A DNA stretch of 30,533 nucleotides, taken from NCBI GenBank assembly GCA_024641625.1, contig JAHECQ010000002.1:1-30533 (forward strand), given 5' to 3'. Shown in pieces: positions 9,049 through 17,517 of the stretch. How positions within the stretch are numbered: position 1 is the first letter of the stretch; each line of letters starts with the position of its first letter. The stretch is from Acidimicrobiales bacterium. GTDB lineage: Bacteria > Actinomycetota > Acidimicrobiia > Acidimicrobiales > SZUA-35. The notes under the pieces were generated by a model. It saw only the letters and a program-made list of their open reading frames with translations. It searched no databases and was not told where the DNA came from. The position numbers and the translations under genes are program-made.

Positions 9049-9108
9049 CGTTCCCGTCGCGATTCGCGCGGTTCTCATCATTCGTTCGGCCGGGCCGATC
9101 GTTGGTGG

Positions 9109-10329
9109 ATGAAGCTGGCACCACTGCGCCGCCTGGGCGATACCGACTGCGGAGCCGGTGAGGTCGGCGCGCCGGCGCGCGCCGCATCGGTGGTCGTGGT
9201 GTCGATGCACGACAGCCGCCTCACCCACGCGGCCAGTCGCCGAATGGCTGCACTGATCGACGAACTCGACCGACGCGGTCTGCCTCACTGCGAGCTCGCC
9301 CCCTCTGCTCCCGATAGCGGCCCAACGATGCCCGACTCGATCGCTGCCCGTACACGCCGATCAGCACCGAAGGCATTGACCCGGCTGCTCGATAATCGAC
9401 GAGCGCTGCCCATCCGAACCATCGGCGAGTGGGCCTACCTGGTCTGGGCCGCGTGGACACTTCGCCGACTTCGCCCGGCCACCGTCATCGTCACTATTCC
9501 CTACCTGCCGTTGCTGGCGCTCCCCCTGCTTCGCCGACGACGACGTTGCCGGTACGTCCTCGAGTTCCGCGATCTCACCTGGGACTACGCACGGGGCGCA
9601 TCTGCGGGCGCCGTGACCGGCACCATTGCCCGGTTGTACGAACGCCTCGCGCGCGCCTCGCTCGAACACGCCGACGTCGTCGTCACCACCACGAGCGCCC
9701 AAGCGGACCGGCTTCAGCGCCTCGAGCCATCGCAGCGACCAATCGTCGTGCGCAACGGGGTCACCAGCGAACTCATCGATCGACTCTGGCCGCTCGCGGA
9801 ACAACCGCCCGAGAGCGATCGGCTCACGGTGCTGTATGCGGGGACGATCGGATACGCCCAGGACGTGGGACGGCTCCTTCGGATCGCCGAACTCGCGCCG
9901 TCGGCTCAGCTGTCGATCGTGGGATCAGGACCGCTGCGCGACGAGGTGGCCGAGGCGGCACGGCATCTCGACAACGTGACCATCGAGTCGGCAGTCAGCT
10001 TCGACGAGCTGGTCGATCGATATCGAGAGGCCGACATCCTGGTCTCCAGCCTTCGCCATCACGAGAGCTTTGCCACCGCAGTACCCTCGAAGCTCTACGA
10101 GTACGCCGCGACCGGCCGAGTCGTGGCCTACGTCGGTCCGGGAGAGGCTCAGGACGTGTGCAGGGACCTCGGTGGTCACGCCACCCTTGACATCACTCCC
10201 CAGTTCGTCGAAGAGCTGTTGTTGCTGGCCAAGGAACGGCGAGCTTGGCCCCTCGAGAAGCCACCGGCCGGCCTGCGGAGACGAGATCAAGCAGCCGCTG
10301 ACCTCGTCGACCTCCTCTGCGTCGAATGA
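9109..10329 (+). CDS. Glycosyltransferase family 4 (WbuB-like)
   Basis: YVLEFRDLTWD, IVVRNGV, LYAGTIGYAQD, IVGSGP and ADIL...AVPSKLYEY motifs. Confidence 0.9.
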   Translation: MKLAPLRRLGDTDCGAGEVGAPARAASVVVVSMHDSRLTHAASRRMAALIDELDRRGLPHCELAPSAPDSGPTMPDSIAARTRRSAPKALTRLLDNRRALPIRTIGEWAYLVWAAWTLRRLRPATVIVTIPYLPLLALPLLRRRRRCRYVLEFRDLTWDYARGASAGAVTGTIARLYERLARASLEHADVVVTTTSAQADRLQRLEPSQRPIVVRNGVTSELIDRLWPLAEQPPESDRLTVLYAGTIGYAQDVGRLLRIAELAPSAQLSIVGSGPLRDEVAEAARHLDNVTIESAVSFDELVDRYREADILVSSLRHHESFATAVPSKLYEYAATGRVVAYVGPGEAQDVCRDLGGHATLDITPQFVEELLLLAKERRAWPLEKPPAGLRRRDQAAADLVDLLCVE

Positions 10330-11906
10330 ACCACGTCATCAGACGGCTGCAGCCGGCCGTCTGGAGCCTGCGATCCGAACGACGAGCGATCGACCTGCTC
10401 TGGTTCGCGGCCGAGCGGGGCGCCATGACCCTGGTTCGGCCACGAATCGTGCATCGCCTGGTGCGTTGGTGGCCCGCCGGCGGGCGACGAGGGTCGACGT
10501 TCAGCGGACCAGACTCGCGCACGGCGGACCGCCTCCGGCCACCGCTGAGCGTCTCTCATCACCGGCACGGTCAGTTCATGCAGCTTCGATCCACCGACGT
10601 GCTGGCCCGAATGGAGTCCAGCTACGCAGAGGCGGCGTCGGCAGCCGATCTGATCGATGTGCTCGATGGATTGCTTCACCGGACGCCCGGCGACCCCGTG
10701 TGGACCCCCTACGCCATGGCTGTTCGTGGACGCTCCATCGCCCGGGTCCTCGCTGAGGATCGACTCGATCGGCGGCTCCGGCGACGCCTTCGCCACCATG
10801 CCCGCACCCATCAGGCCCTCCTGGCCATGGTCTCCGAACGCCACCTCCACCACAACCACCGCACCACCATCGAGTTCGGTCGACTGGCGCTGGCCGAATC
10901 ACTCGCCGACAGCAAGGCACAGTCCAGGGCGGCCCGACGCTTCGCCGCTCACTGCCTCGAGGGCCTCGGGACTGATGGCGCTCCCAAGGAGGGGTCGTTC
11001 TCCTACGGACTCGGTCTCCTCGACGAAATGCTCCTCGCCGTCAATCGTTACGCCCTGGCCGAGCTCGAACCTGCCGCTCTGTCACTGAGCAAGGTTCTGG
11101 GTCAGACGGTGTTCTCCGACGGCTCCACACCGGCGTTCGGCGATTCGTTTCCCGGACGTTTCCCCGCAGCCGCCTCGGGTGCCTCGGTTGTCACACTCGG
11201 TCGGGTCGTTCGCGTCACCCATGCCGACTTCGAATTGGCAGTGTCCCTGGGGTCGATCGGACCGAGGGGGTTCGGGGGTCACGGCCATCTCGACGCCGGC
11301 TCGTTCGAATTGTTCCACCGTGACCATGGCCTCCTGGTGGCCGATGTCGGCTGCACCCGCTACGCATCATCGGTGACACGCGCCTACGAACGTTCCTATC
11401 TGTCGCACAACATGCCCGCCGCGATCTGGCCGTTGGCGCAGCAACCCGTGTGGGGCGCCTTCGCCTATCGCCGGATCTCCGGACTCACCAGCCACCGGGT
11501 CGTTCGCACGAGCGCGGATCGGGTGAGTGTCGAGGTCACGGTGGAACACCGGTCTCGTTCGGGCGATCGACGCATCACCATCGTCCGGCGGCTCACGCTG
11601 GACGACACCGGCTTGACCGTGGAGGACGAGGTGACCGGCGATCGCGATGGGCAGCCGATCGTGCGGTCCTTTGCTGTCGGAGAGGCAGCCAGGATGGAAT
11701 CGTCGGGGCCCAGCCGATTCACGACCCGTCGACCGACCTCGGCGCAGCAGAAGAACCTGGCCGTTCGCTCACCCGGCAACTGGCGGTTGTATCGTCAGCG
11801 CTTCACCGCATGCGGCCTCGGGGCGGTGAGGCTCCAACCGATCCACATCGGCACCGGCCGCTGCCCGCAGCCGTCGGGCAGATCACAGGAAGACCGGCAA
11901 CCATGA
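10326..11906 (+). CDS. Heparinase II/III family protein
   Basis: WTPY, ERHLHHNH, DG..KEGSFSY, DGSTPAFGDS, GHGHLDAGSFEL, RSYLSHN and VWGAF match the family motif order. ATGA overlaps with both neighbours. Confidence 0.8.
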   Translation: MNHVIRRLQPAVWSLRSERRAIDLLWFAAERGAMTLVRPRIVHRLVRWWPAGGRRGSTFSGPDSRTADRLRPPLSVSHHRHGQFMQLRSTDVLARMESSYAEAASAADLIDVLDGLLHRTPGDPVWTPYAMAVRGRSIARVLAEDRLDRRLRRRLRHHARTHQALLAMVSERHLHHNHRTTIEFGRLALAESLADSKAQSRAARRFAAHCLEGLGTDGAPKEGSFSYGLGLLDEMLLAVNRYALAELEPAALSLSKVLGQTVFSDGSTPAFGDSFPGRFPAAASGASVVTLGRVVRVTHADFELAVSLGSIGPRGFGGHGHLDAGSFELFHRDHGLLVADVGCTRYASSVTRAYERSYLSHNMPAAIWPLAQQPVWGAFAYRRISGLTSHRVVRTSADRVSVEVTVEHRSRSGDRRITIVRRLTLDDTGLTVEDEVTGDRDGQPIVRSFAVGEAARMESSGPSRFTTRRPTSAQQKNLAVRSPGNWRLYRQRFTACGLGAVRLQPIHIGTGRCPQPSGRSQEDRQP

Positions 11907-13015
11907 AATTCTTCTGTATCGCCGCCGCCAGGCCGAACTTCATGAAGATCGCTCCCATCGTGGCCGCGCTCGAAGGCCGTGGGCTCGAGACAACGCTCGT
12001 CCACACCGGCCAACACTACGACGAGGTGATGAGCGGCGTGTTCTTCGAGGAGCTCGGGCTCAGGCAGCCCGATCACCACCTCGAGGTCGGATCGGGCCCG
12101 CACTCCTATCAGACCGGCCGGGTGATGGAGGCCTTCGAGCACCTGCTGGCGACCAATCATCGAACCGGTGATCCCGCGGTGGTCATCACCGTCGGCGACG
12201 TCAACTCGACCCTCGCCTGCTCGATCGTGGGAGCCAAGTCCGGTTTGTTCGTCGCTCACGTCGAGGCGGGTTTGCGCAGTCGCGACTGGACGATGCCCGA
12301 GGAGGTCAACCGCGTGGTCGCCGACCGAGTCAGCGACTTCCTGTTCGCCCCCTCGGCCGATGCCGTCGACAACCTCCGAGCCGAGGGGTACCGGACCGAC
12401 CAGATCCATCTCGTGGGCAACGTCATGGTCGATACGCTGCTGGCCAATCGAGAACGTGCGATGAACCGTCCGATCATGGATGAACTCGGGTTGACCGTCG
12501 GCGGCTATGCCTTGGTGACCCTGCACCGGCCGAGCAACGTCGACCACGGTCCCACGCTCCGAAGTCTCATTGCCTCGCTCGAGGAGCTCTCGGAGCGGAT
12601 CCCGGTCGTCTTCCCTGTCCACCCCAGGACGCGGCAGCGCCTGGCAGATCATGGCATCGAGACCACGCTTCGTCTTCTCGAGCCGACCGGCTATCTCGAC
12701 TCCATCTGCCTCCAGGCAAACGCAACCATGGCCCTCACCGACTCGGGCGGCATCCAAGAGGAGACCACGGCCTTGGGCGTTCCATGCCTCACGTTGCGGG
12801 AGAACACCGAACGACCCGTCACCGTGACCCACGGCACCAACAAGGTGGTGGGCACCGAGCCCGCAACGATCCGCCGCGCCTGGCGGGAGATCCTCGCTCA
12901 CCCGCCGACCGCCGGCCGACCCGAGCTGTGGGATGGACGTGCCTCGGAACGAATCGCCGACATTCTGGCCGGAGCGCTCGATATTCCGCGGTTGAGGCCG
13001 ACCGATCTGGTGTGA
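11903..13015 (+). CDS. wecB: UDP-N-acetylglucosamine 2-epimerase (non-hydrolysing)
   Basis: ARPNFMK, HTGQHY, GDVNST, HVEAGLRS, MPEEVNR, TLHRPSNVD, TDSGGIQEE and RENTERP. ATG at 11903. Confidence 0.96.
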   Translation: MKFFCIAAARPNFMKIAPIVAALEGRGLETTLVHTGQHYDEVMSGVFFEELGLRQPDHHLEVGSGPHSYQTGRVMEAFEHLLATNHRTGDPAVVITVGDVNSTLACSIVGAKSGLFVAHVEAGLRSRDWTMPEEVNRVVADRVSDFLFAPSADAVDNLRAEGYRTDQIHLVGNVMVDTLLANRERAMNRPIMDELGLTVGGYALVTLHRPSNVDHGPTLRSLIASLEELSERIPVVFPVHPRTRQRLADHGIETTLRLLEPTGYLDSICLQANATMALTDSGGIQEETTALGVPCLTLRENTERPVTVTHGTNKVVGTEPATIRRAWREILAHPPTAGRPELWDGRASERIADILAGALDIPRLRPTDLV

Positions 13016-14379
13016 AGCAATTGATCGACCCCGGGCACGGTGAATTGGCGTTCACCGGTATTGCCGGCATTGGTCAACGGCCCACCACCCGGTCCGGAAC
13101 ACTCGCTCGACTGGGCAAGGCCGCAACCACGCAGTCGTCGATCATGTTCGCCGCCTTGGCGACGCGTGCCTTCGGTCAAGCCGTGGTGACCCTGGGACTG
13201 GCCCACCGATTGAGCCTCTCGAGCTTCGCCCGCTACGCAGTGATCGCGGCCGTCGTGCGATTGCTTGCGCCGATCGCCAATCTCGGAACCTCCACAGCGA
13301 TCCTGGCCGACTGGGCCCAACCGGAACGGGCCAGCGCCCGTTGGCTGCTGCGGCGGCACATCCTCCGGGTCGCGTGGGGATCGATCCTCGCGGTGGGCCT
13401 CGGGACGTTGGGCGTCGCCGCCTTCACCGGTGGGATCGACTGGGTGGTGCTTGCCCTGCTCGCCTCGCTGGTCATTCCCGTTTCGGCCCGCAGCCTCTTG
13501 ATGCCCCTGGCGGTGAGCCTGAAACGCGAAGGGCTCTTCTTCGCGTCGGAAGCCGTTCGGGCTGCATCGGGAATCGTTGCACTGGGGTGGCTCGTGCTGA
13601 TCGACTCGGGCCAGGCCGGTCTGGGGTCCTCGAGCGGGACGAGTCTTCGCTCCTGGGTGCTACCGCTGCTGGCCACATCGGTGCTGTCGGCCCTCGTCAC
13701 GCTGGGGTTGGCCCTTCGTCTGGCCCCTGATGACCGGAGCCGCCATCACTCCGACCGAGCGGCGATGACGCTTGGCCGCTCGGCGCGGGTGGCAGCTGCC
13801 GAGCTGGGCAACGGCGCGTCGCTCACGGTCGATCAGTTGATGATTCCGCGCCTGGCCGGCTCGCTCGCCACTGCGCAATACAGCGTCGCCGCGCAATTCT
13901 CGGCACCACTGTTGTTGGGTGTGAGCGCGTTGGCCAGCCCCCACGGTCCTTCGGTGTTCGAGGGGTTTCACTCCGGTCCGGCTCGCGGCTGGGCAACGCT
14001 GCGAACCAAAGGTGCGTTGATCGCCCGGCGAAGCTTGGCGATCGCAGTGACCCTCACGGTGGCCGCACCCGTCCTGCGCCTTGCCCTCCCCGACCAGTAC
14101 GCCGACGCCATCGGTGTTGGTGTCGTACTGGTTTGGGCACTCGCTCTTCGACCGGTCTCCTGGCTCCTGCTGCTGGGTCTCGTCGCACTCCGGGCAGAGC
14201 GGTCGAGGATGATCATCGAATGGTCGGTGTTCGGCTTGAACGTTGCGGTCAACCTGATGCTCATCCCGGTGATGGGCGCATGGGGAGCCGCCATCGCCAC
14301 CCTCGTCTCGGAAAGTCTGTTGCTCGTGGTGACAGCCACTGTGGTCAAGCGGCTCTGCCATGGGCAGGGCGTCGGCTAG
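13012..14379 (+). CDS. wzx: Polysaccharide flippase (Wzx/MOP superfamily)
   Basis: Many TM segments; VDQLMI..LAG..ATAQYSVA and VNLMLIPVMGAWGAAIATLVSE motifs. The GTG start overlaps the wecB stop (GTGA). Confidence 0.85.
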   Translation: MKQLIDPGHGELAFTGIAGIGQRPTTRSGTLARLGKAATTQSSIMFAALATRAFGQAVVTLGLAHRLSLSSFARYAVIAAVVRLLAPIANLGTSTAILADWAQPERASARWLLRRHILRVAWGSILAVGLGTLGVAAFTGGIDWVVLALLASLVIPVSARSLLMPLAVSLKREGLFFASEAVRAASGIVALGWLVLIDSGQAGLGSSSGTSLRSWVLPLLATSVLSALVTLGLALRLAPDDRSRHHSDRAAMTLGRSARVAAAELGNGASLTVDQLMIPRLAGSLATAQYSVAAQFSAPLLLGVSALASPHGPSVFEGFHSGPARGWATLRTKGALIARRSLAIAVTLTVAAPVLRLALPDQYADAIGVGVVLVWALALRPVSWLLLLGLVALRAERSRMIIEWSVFGLNVAVNLMLIPVMGAWGAAIATLVSESLLLVVTATVVKRLCHGQGVG

Positions 14380-14390
14380 CGTCCAGGTTC

Positions 14391-15929
14391 GTGGTCTCCC
14401 AGCGATTCGCAACGGTGACGTTGCTGTTCGGCGTCTTGTTCGTCGGCTACCTGGCGAGCGCTGCCACCCTCGGGCTGTCCATGGTCGCGATCCTCGGGCT
14501 CCCGCTGCTCGTCGTCGGACTACTGGCGCTGGCCCAGCTCTCGATCAAGCGCTTCATCCCCCACACCGCTCTGTTCGCCGTGCTGTTCGGTCTCTACACG
14601 GTTCCGATGGCCGCGCTCTATGTCGTTCGCTACGGGAGCGTCGGGCGTTCTGCGCCCAAGCGACTGGTGGACTTTCCGTTCGTCCCCACGCCCGACGACC
14701 TCGACCGAACCCTTCTGGTACTGATCGTCTTCCTGGGTGCCGTACTCGCGGCCTCGCTGACCATGAGCACCGCCACCTCACGACGACCTCCGACCTCGTC
14801 CTGGTCGTTTCCGCCAATCGGCGTCCTGGTCGTCCTGTGCGTGGTGGGCTTCGTCGTGTTCACCTTCCTCCTGTGGCGCAGTGGCGGTGTGGCCACCTAC
14901 GCAGCCACTCGGATCGACCGGCTCACCGACAGGGACCTCCGGCGGGCAAGCACCATTCTCTCGGCCATGGTTTCCCCAAGCCTGATGACGCTCTATCTCG
15001 GCTGCCGTCGGGGAGCGTATCCCCTCGAGTGGTGGCGATGGATCGGCCGCTCGGCGCTCGTCCTCTATGCGGTTGCCAACCTTGCCGGCGGCGATCGTCG
15101 TATGCTCGTGACCCTGCTGATCGCGCTGTTCTGGCTTCGCACCGTGACCGTCCCCGAACTGGATGAGCGTGGCGAGCGGACTCGGTCGATCTCGCGCTCA
15201 CAAGCCATCGCAGCCGTCACGGTACTGGTCGTTCTCAGCCTGACCGGCATCACCCGGGTGCACATCTCGCGCTACGCCGCCGGCGAATACACGACGTCGG
15301 AGTTCCTCGACCGGGTGTCGGCCGAGCTCAGCTCCGACAACCTGATCGAGCGCCAGGGGGAGCTTCGGGCAACGTTCAACACCGTGGTAGCCAGCGTGGC
15401 CTGGCCCAACGAACCCGATCCGTCGATCATCCCCAATGACGCGATCACCCTGCTCCCGATCGGGTCCGATCTCCCTGCCGGCTCGACCCATTTTGCCGAC
15501 CTCGCCCGCTCCAGGTATCCCAGCGTGGTGCAACCCGGGCAGGCCTATGGCATCAACGTTGCCGCCGAAGGCTACCTCGCCGGCGGATTTGCCGGTGTCA
15601 TTGCCTTCGGCCTCGCCCTCGGCTTCGGGCTCGGGCTCGCTCGCACGCTGGAGCACTCGGCCCGCTCGTCGCTCCTGCCGCACCTCCTGAGCCCCCTGAT
15701 TGCGGCCATGTTGATCAATGTGATCCGCGGCGGCTTCGGACTCGGCCTCGAGGCCACCGGTTATGCCCTCGTCATTGGCGCCATCGCTCTCAGCGGAACG
15801 GTCGCGCACCGTCTGGCGCGGGCGGATTCATCGGAACTCGGTCTGGCCCCGCAACCGGTCGAGCGCTCCACCGAGTGGCTCCCCCAGCCGGTCGGCCGTG
15901 ACGGTCTTCCCGCCGTACAACACCGCTGA
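14391..15929 (+). CDS. wzy: O-antigen/capsule polymerase-like membrane protein
   Basis: Polytopic membrane protein with GGDRR after a TM pair, a large external loop and EGYLAGGFAGV. Located directly after wzx. The GTG start at 14391 is inferred. Confidence 0.7.
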   Translation: MVSQRFATVTLLFGVLFVGYLASAATLGLSMVAILGLPLLVVGLLALAQLSIKRFIPHTALFAVLFGLYTVPMAALYVVRYGSVGRSAPKRLVDFPFVPTPDDLDRTLLVLIVFLGAVLAASLTMSTATSRRPPTSSWSFPPIGVLVVLCVVGFVVFTFLLWRSGGVATYAATRIDRLTDRDLRRASTILSAMVSPSLMTLYLGCRRGAYPLEWWRWIGRSALVLYAVANLAGGDRRMLVTLLIALFWLRTVTVPELDERGERTRSISRSQAIAAVTVLVVLSLTGITRVHISRYAAGEYTTSEFLDRVSAELSSDNLIERQGELRATFNTVVASVAWPNEPDPSIIPNDAITLLPIGSDLPAGSTHFADLARSRYPSVVQPGQAYGINVAAEGYLAGGFAGVIAFGLALGFGLGLARTLEHSARSSLLPHLLSPLIAAMLINVIRGGFGLGLEATGYALVIGAIALSGTVAHRLARADSSELGLAPQPVERSTEWLPQPVGRDGLPAVQHR

Positions 15930-16823
15930 GACGAAGTCGTGCATCGAGGCCACCTCGCAACCGCGTGGGCGAGGCACGACGTCGCTGGCCACCACGCGGC
16001 CACCCAACTCCAGCGCCTGTCGAACCAGCACCGAGTCGCCATCGGTTTCGGTTGGTCGCAGCACGACGTCGGCCAGGCGAAGCTCGTGCTCGACTCGATC
16101 GGGCGCCGGATCGATGAGCAGTTGTACACCGGGTCGTCGACAACGCTTGCTGAGCGTCGTGCGATCGGCGTCGCCGTAGGCGAGCACCACCAGATGGGCC
16201 TCCTCGTCGATGGCCCGGACCCGATCGAGCACCTCGAAGGCGCAGGCCAACCCGTACAACGTCTCCGAACCTCCAACGGCGACCAGCAGTCGCTGCTTCG
16301 CCGACGATCCGGGCTTCGGCCGCCCGAGATCCGCAACATCGGCAACGTCGATCGGAGCAACCACTCGCAACCTCGACGCCTGCGTCGACGACAACCGATC
16401 GGCCAGCTCGGTCGCGACCTGTTGATTGGTGACCCAGACGTGGACGAATGGCTGCAGGAGCCGTTGCCGCGATCGGTCCGAGAGGCGGATGAGTGCCTCT
16501 GCTGCCCTCCCGCCATGCACGAACAGCGCCGTCGTCACCGGTCGGCCGAGCCTGGCCTGGAAGGAGCACACGCGGAGGCTTCGCAGCGACGAGCAGTGGT
16601 ACAGCCGTCGTGGAGCGAGCGACTCCGGACCCAGGAACAGTCGCACGAGGCGAGGAAGGGGCCGGACCGAGCCGGTGCCCACGCGATCACCGACCGCCCT
16701 GAACCATGCCACCGACGCCGTTGCCGAAGTGGCGACGCCGCCCTGCTCTCCAGGTGGTGGGCCCACGATCAGCCAATCGGGACGAAGGTTCACAACGGCC
16801 GACCGTAGCAATGGGCCATCCAT
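15828..16823 (-). CDS. Glycosyltransferase, GT4-like (GT-B fold)
   Basis: IVGPPPG..GGV, LFVHGG, ADVVLRPTETDGDSVLVRQAL and G.RVVASD. The start may be the GTG of VNLRP. Confidence 0.75.
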   Translation of the reverse strand: MDGPLLRSAVVNLRPDWLIVGPPPGEQGGVATSATASVAWFRAVGDRVGTGSVRPLPRLVRLFLGPESLAPRRLYHCSSLRSLRVCSFQARLGRPVTTALFVHGGRAAEALIRLSDRSRQRLLQPFVHVWVTNQQVATELADRLSSTQASRLRVVAPIDVADVADLGRPKPGSSAKQRLLVAVGGSETLYGLACAFEVLDRVRAIDEEAHLVVLAYGDADRTTLSKRCRRPGVQLLIDPAPDRVEHELRLADVVLRPTETDGDSVLVRQALELGGRVVASDVVPRPRGCEVASMHDFVSAVLYGGKTVTADRLGEPLGGALDRLRGQTEFR

Positions 16824-16875
16824 TCAGCGCCCGATCAGCGGGAACTTCTCATGTCGAACCAGCAGGAGCCGATCA

Positions 16876-16890
16876 TTGGATCAGATCCAA
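16876..16890. promoter_or_regulatory. Operator-like inverted repeat TTGGATC-A-GATCCAA
   Basis: Perfect 7-bp arms with a 1-bp spacer, relatively AT-rich, in the divergent intergenic region between the GT4 and LPFTG genes. The function is inferred. Confidence 0.45.
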
Positions 16891-16968
16891 CGAGTTCTGG
16901 AATCGACTCATCGGCCGAACAGTGGAGTCGGCGACACTCGATGCGGGTCATCGGAAAGGGAACCAACC

Positions 16969-17517
16969 ATGACGAACAACCGAGCACCGAAGCTGATCAA
17001 CAGCCGGCATCTTCTCCGCAAGGCAGTCCTCTCGACCGCGTTCGTCGGCCTCACGCTGGCGGTACAGAGCCCCGTTTCGGCGGCCGACTATCAAAGCACC
17101 AGTTCGGCCACCTTCTCCGACACCACGCCTTCTGCGGGCGACACGGTCACCGTGTCGGGGACCACGTCGCCGGGGGCGATCGTGGTGATCAGCATCTCGG
17201 GTACCGGCGGTGCCCAGACCTTGGGGGTCACCACTGCGGATGCCTACGGCAACTACACGATTGCCGTTGCGATTCCGGCCAACCTGGCGTCGGGCATCTA
17301 TGTGCTGGGCGTCACGGCGGACAATCAGCAGATTGCGTCCACCTCGATGACGGTGGGAGGCACGACCGCTTCCACCGGCACCTCGTCGGGTTCTCCTTCG
17401 AACCTGCCCTTCACCGGCTCGTCGTCGCTCGTGCTGGTCGCTGCAGCCGGAGCGTTGGTGACAGCGGGTGGTGTGGCGGTCGGTCTGAGCCGTCGCTCAG
17501 CGCCCAACCCCGTCTGA
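16969..17517 (+). CDS. Small secreted Ser/Thr-rich protein with an LPXTG-type (LPFTG) sorting signal
   Basis: RBS-like ggaaaggg upstream; signal peptide ending in VSA; beta-rich Ig-like core; S/T/G linker; LPFTG at 17404-17418, then a hydrophobic helix and an RR tail. 182 aa. Confidence 0.88.
   Translation: MTNNRAPKLINSRHLLRKAVLSTAFVGLTLAVQSPVSAADYQSTSSATFSDTTPSAGDTVTVSGTTSPGAIVVISISGTGGAQTLGVTTADAYGNYTIAVAIPANLASGIYVLGVTADNQQIASTSMTVGGTTASTGTSSGSPSNLPFTGSSSLVLVAAAGALVTAGGVAVGLSRRSAPNPV

Noticed and set aside
11450-11902. N-terminal extensions given by the ORF track for wecB, wzx (12784), wzy (14133), thioesterase (2325), nagZ (3758), tadE (25422), lipoprotein (26031), LPFTG protein (16426) and pxpC (30530)
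   Set aside because: The extensions overlap neighbouring genes or promoters and are not protein-like. Downstream starts give coupled ATGA/GTGA junctions or proper signal peptides.
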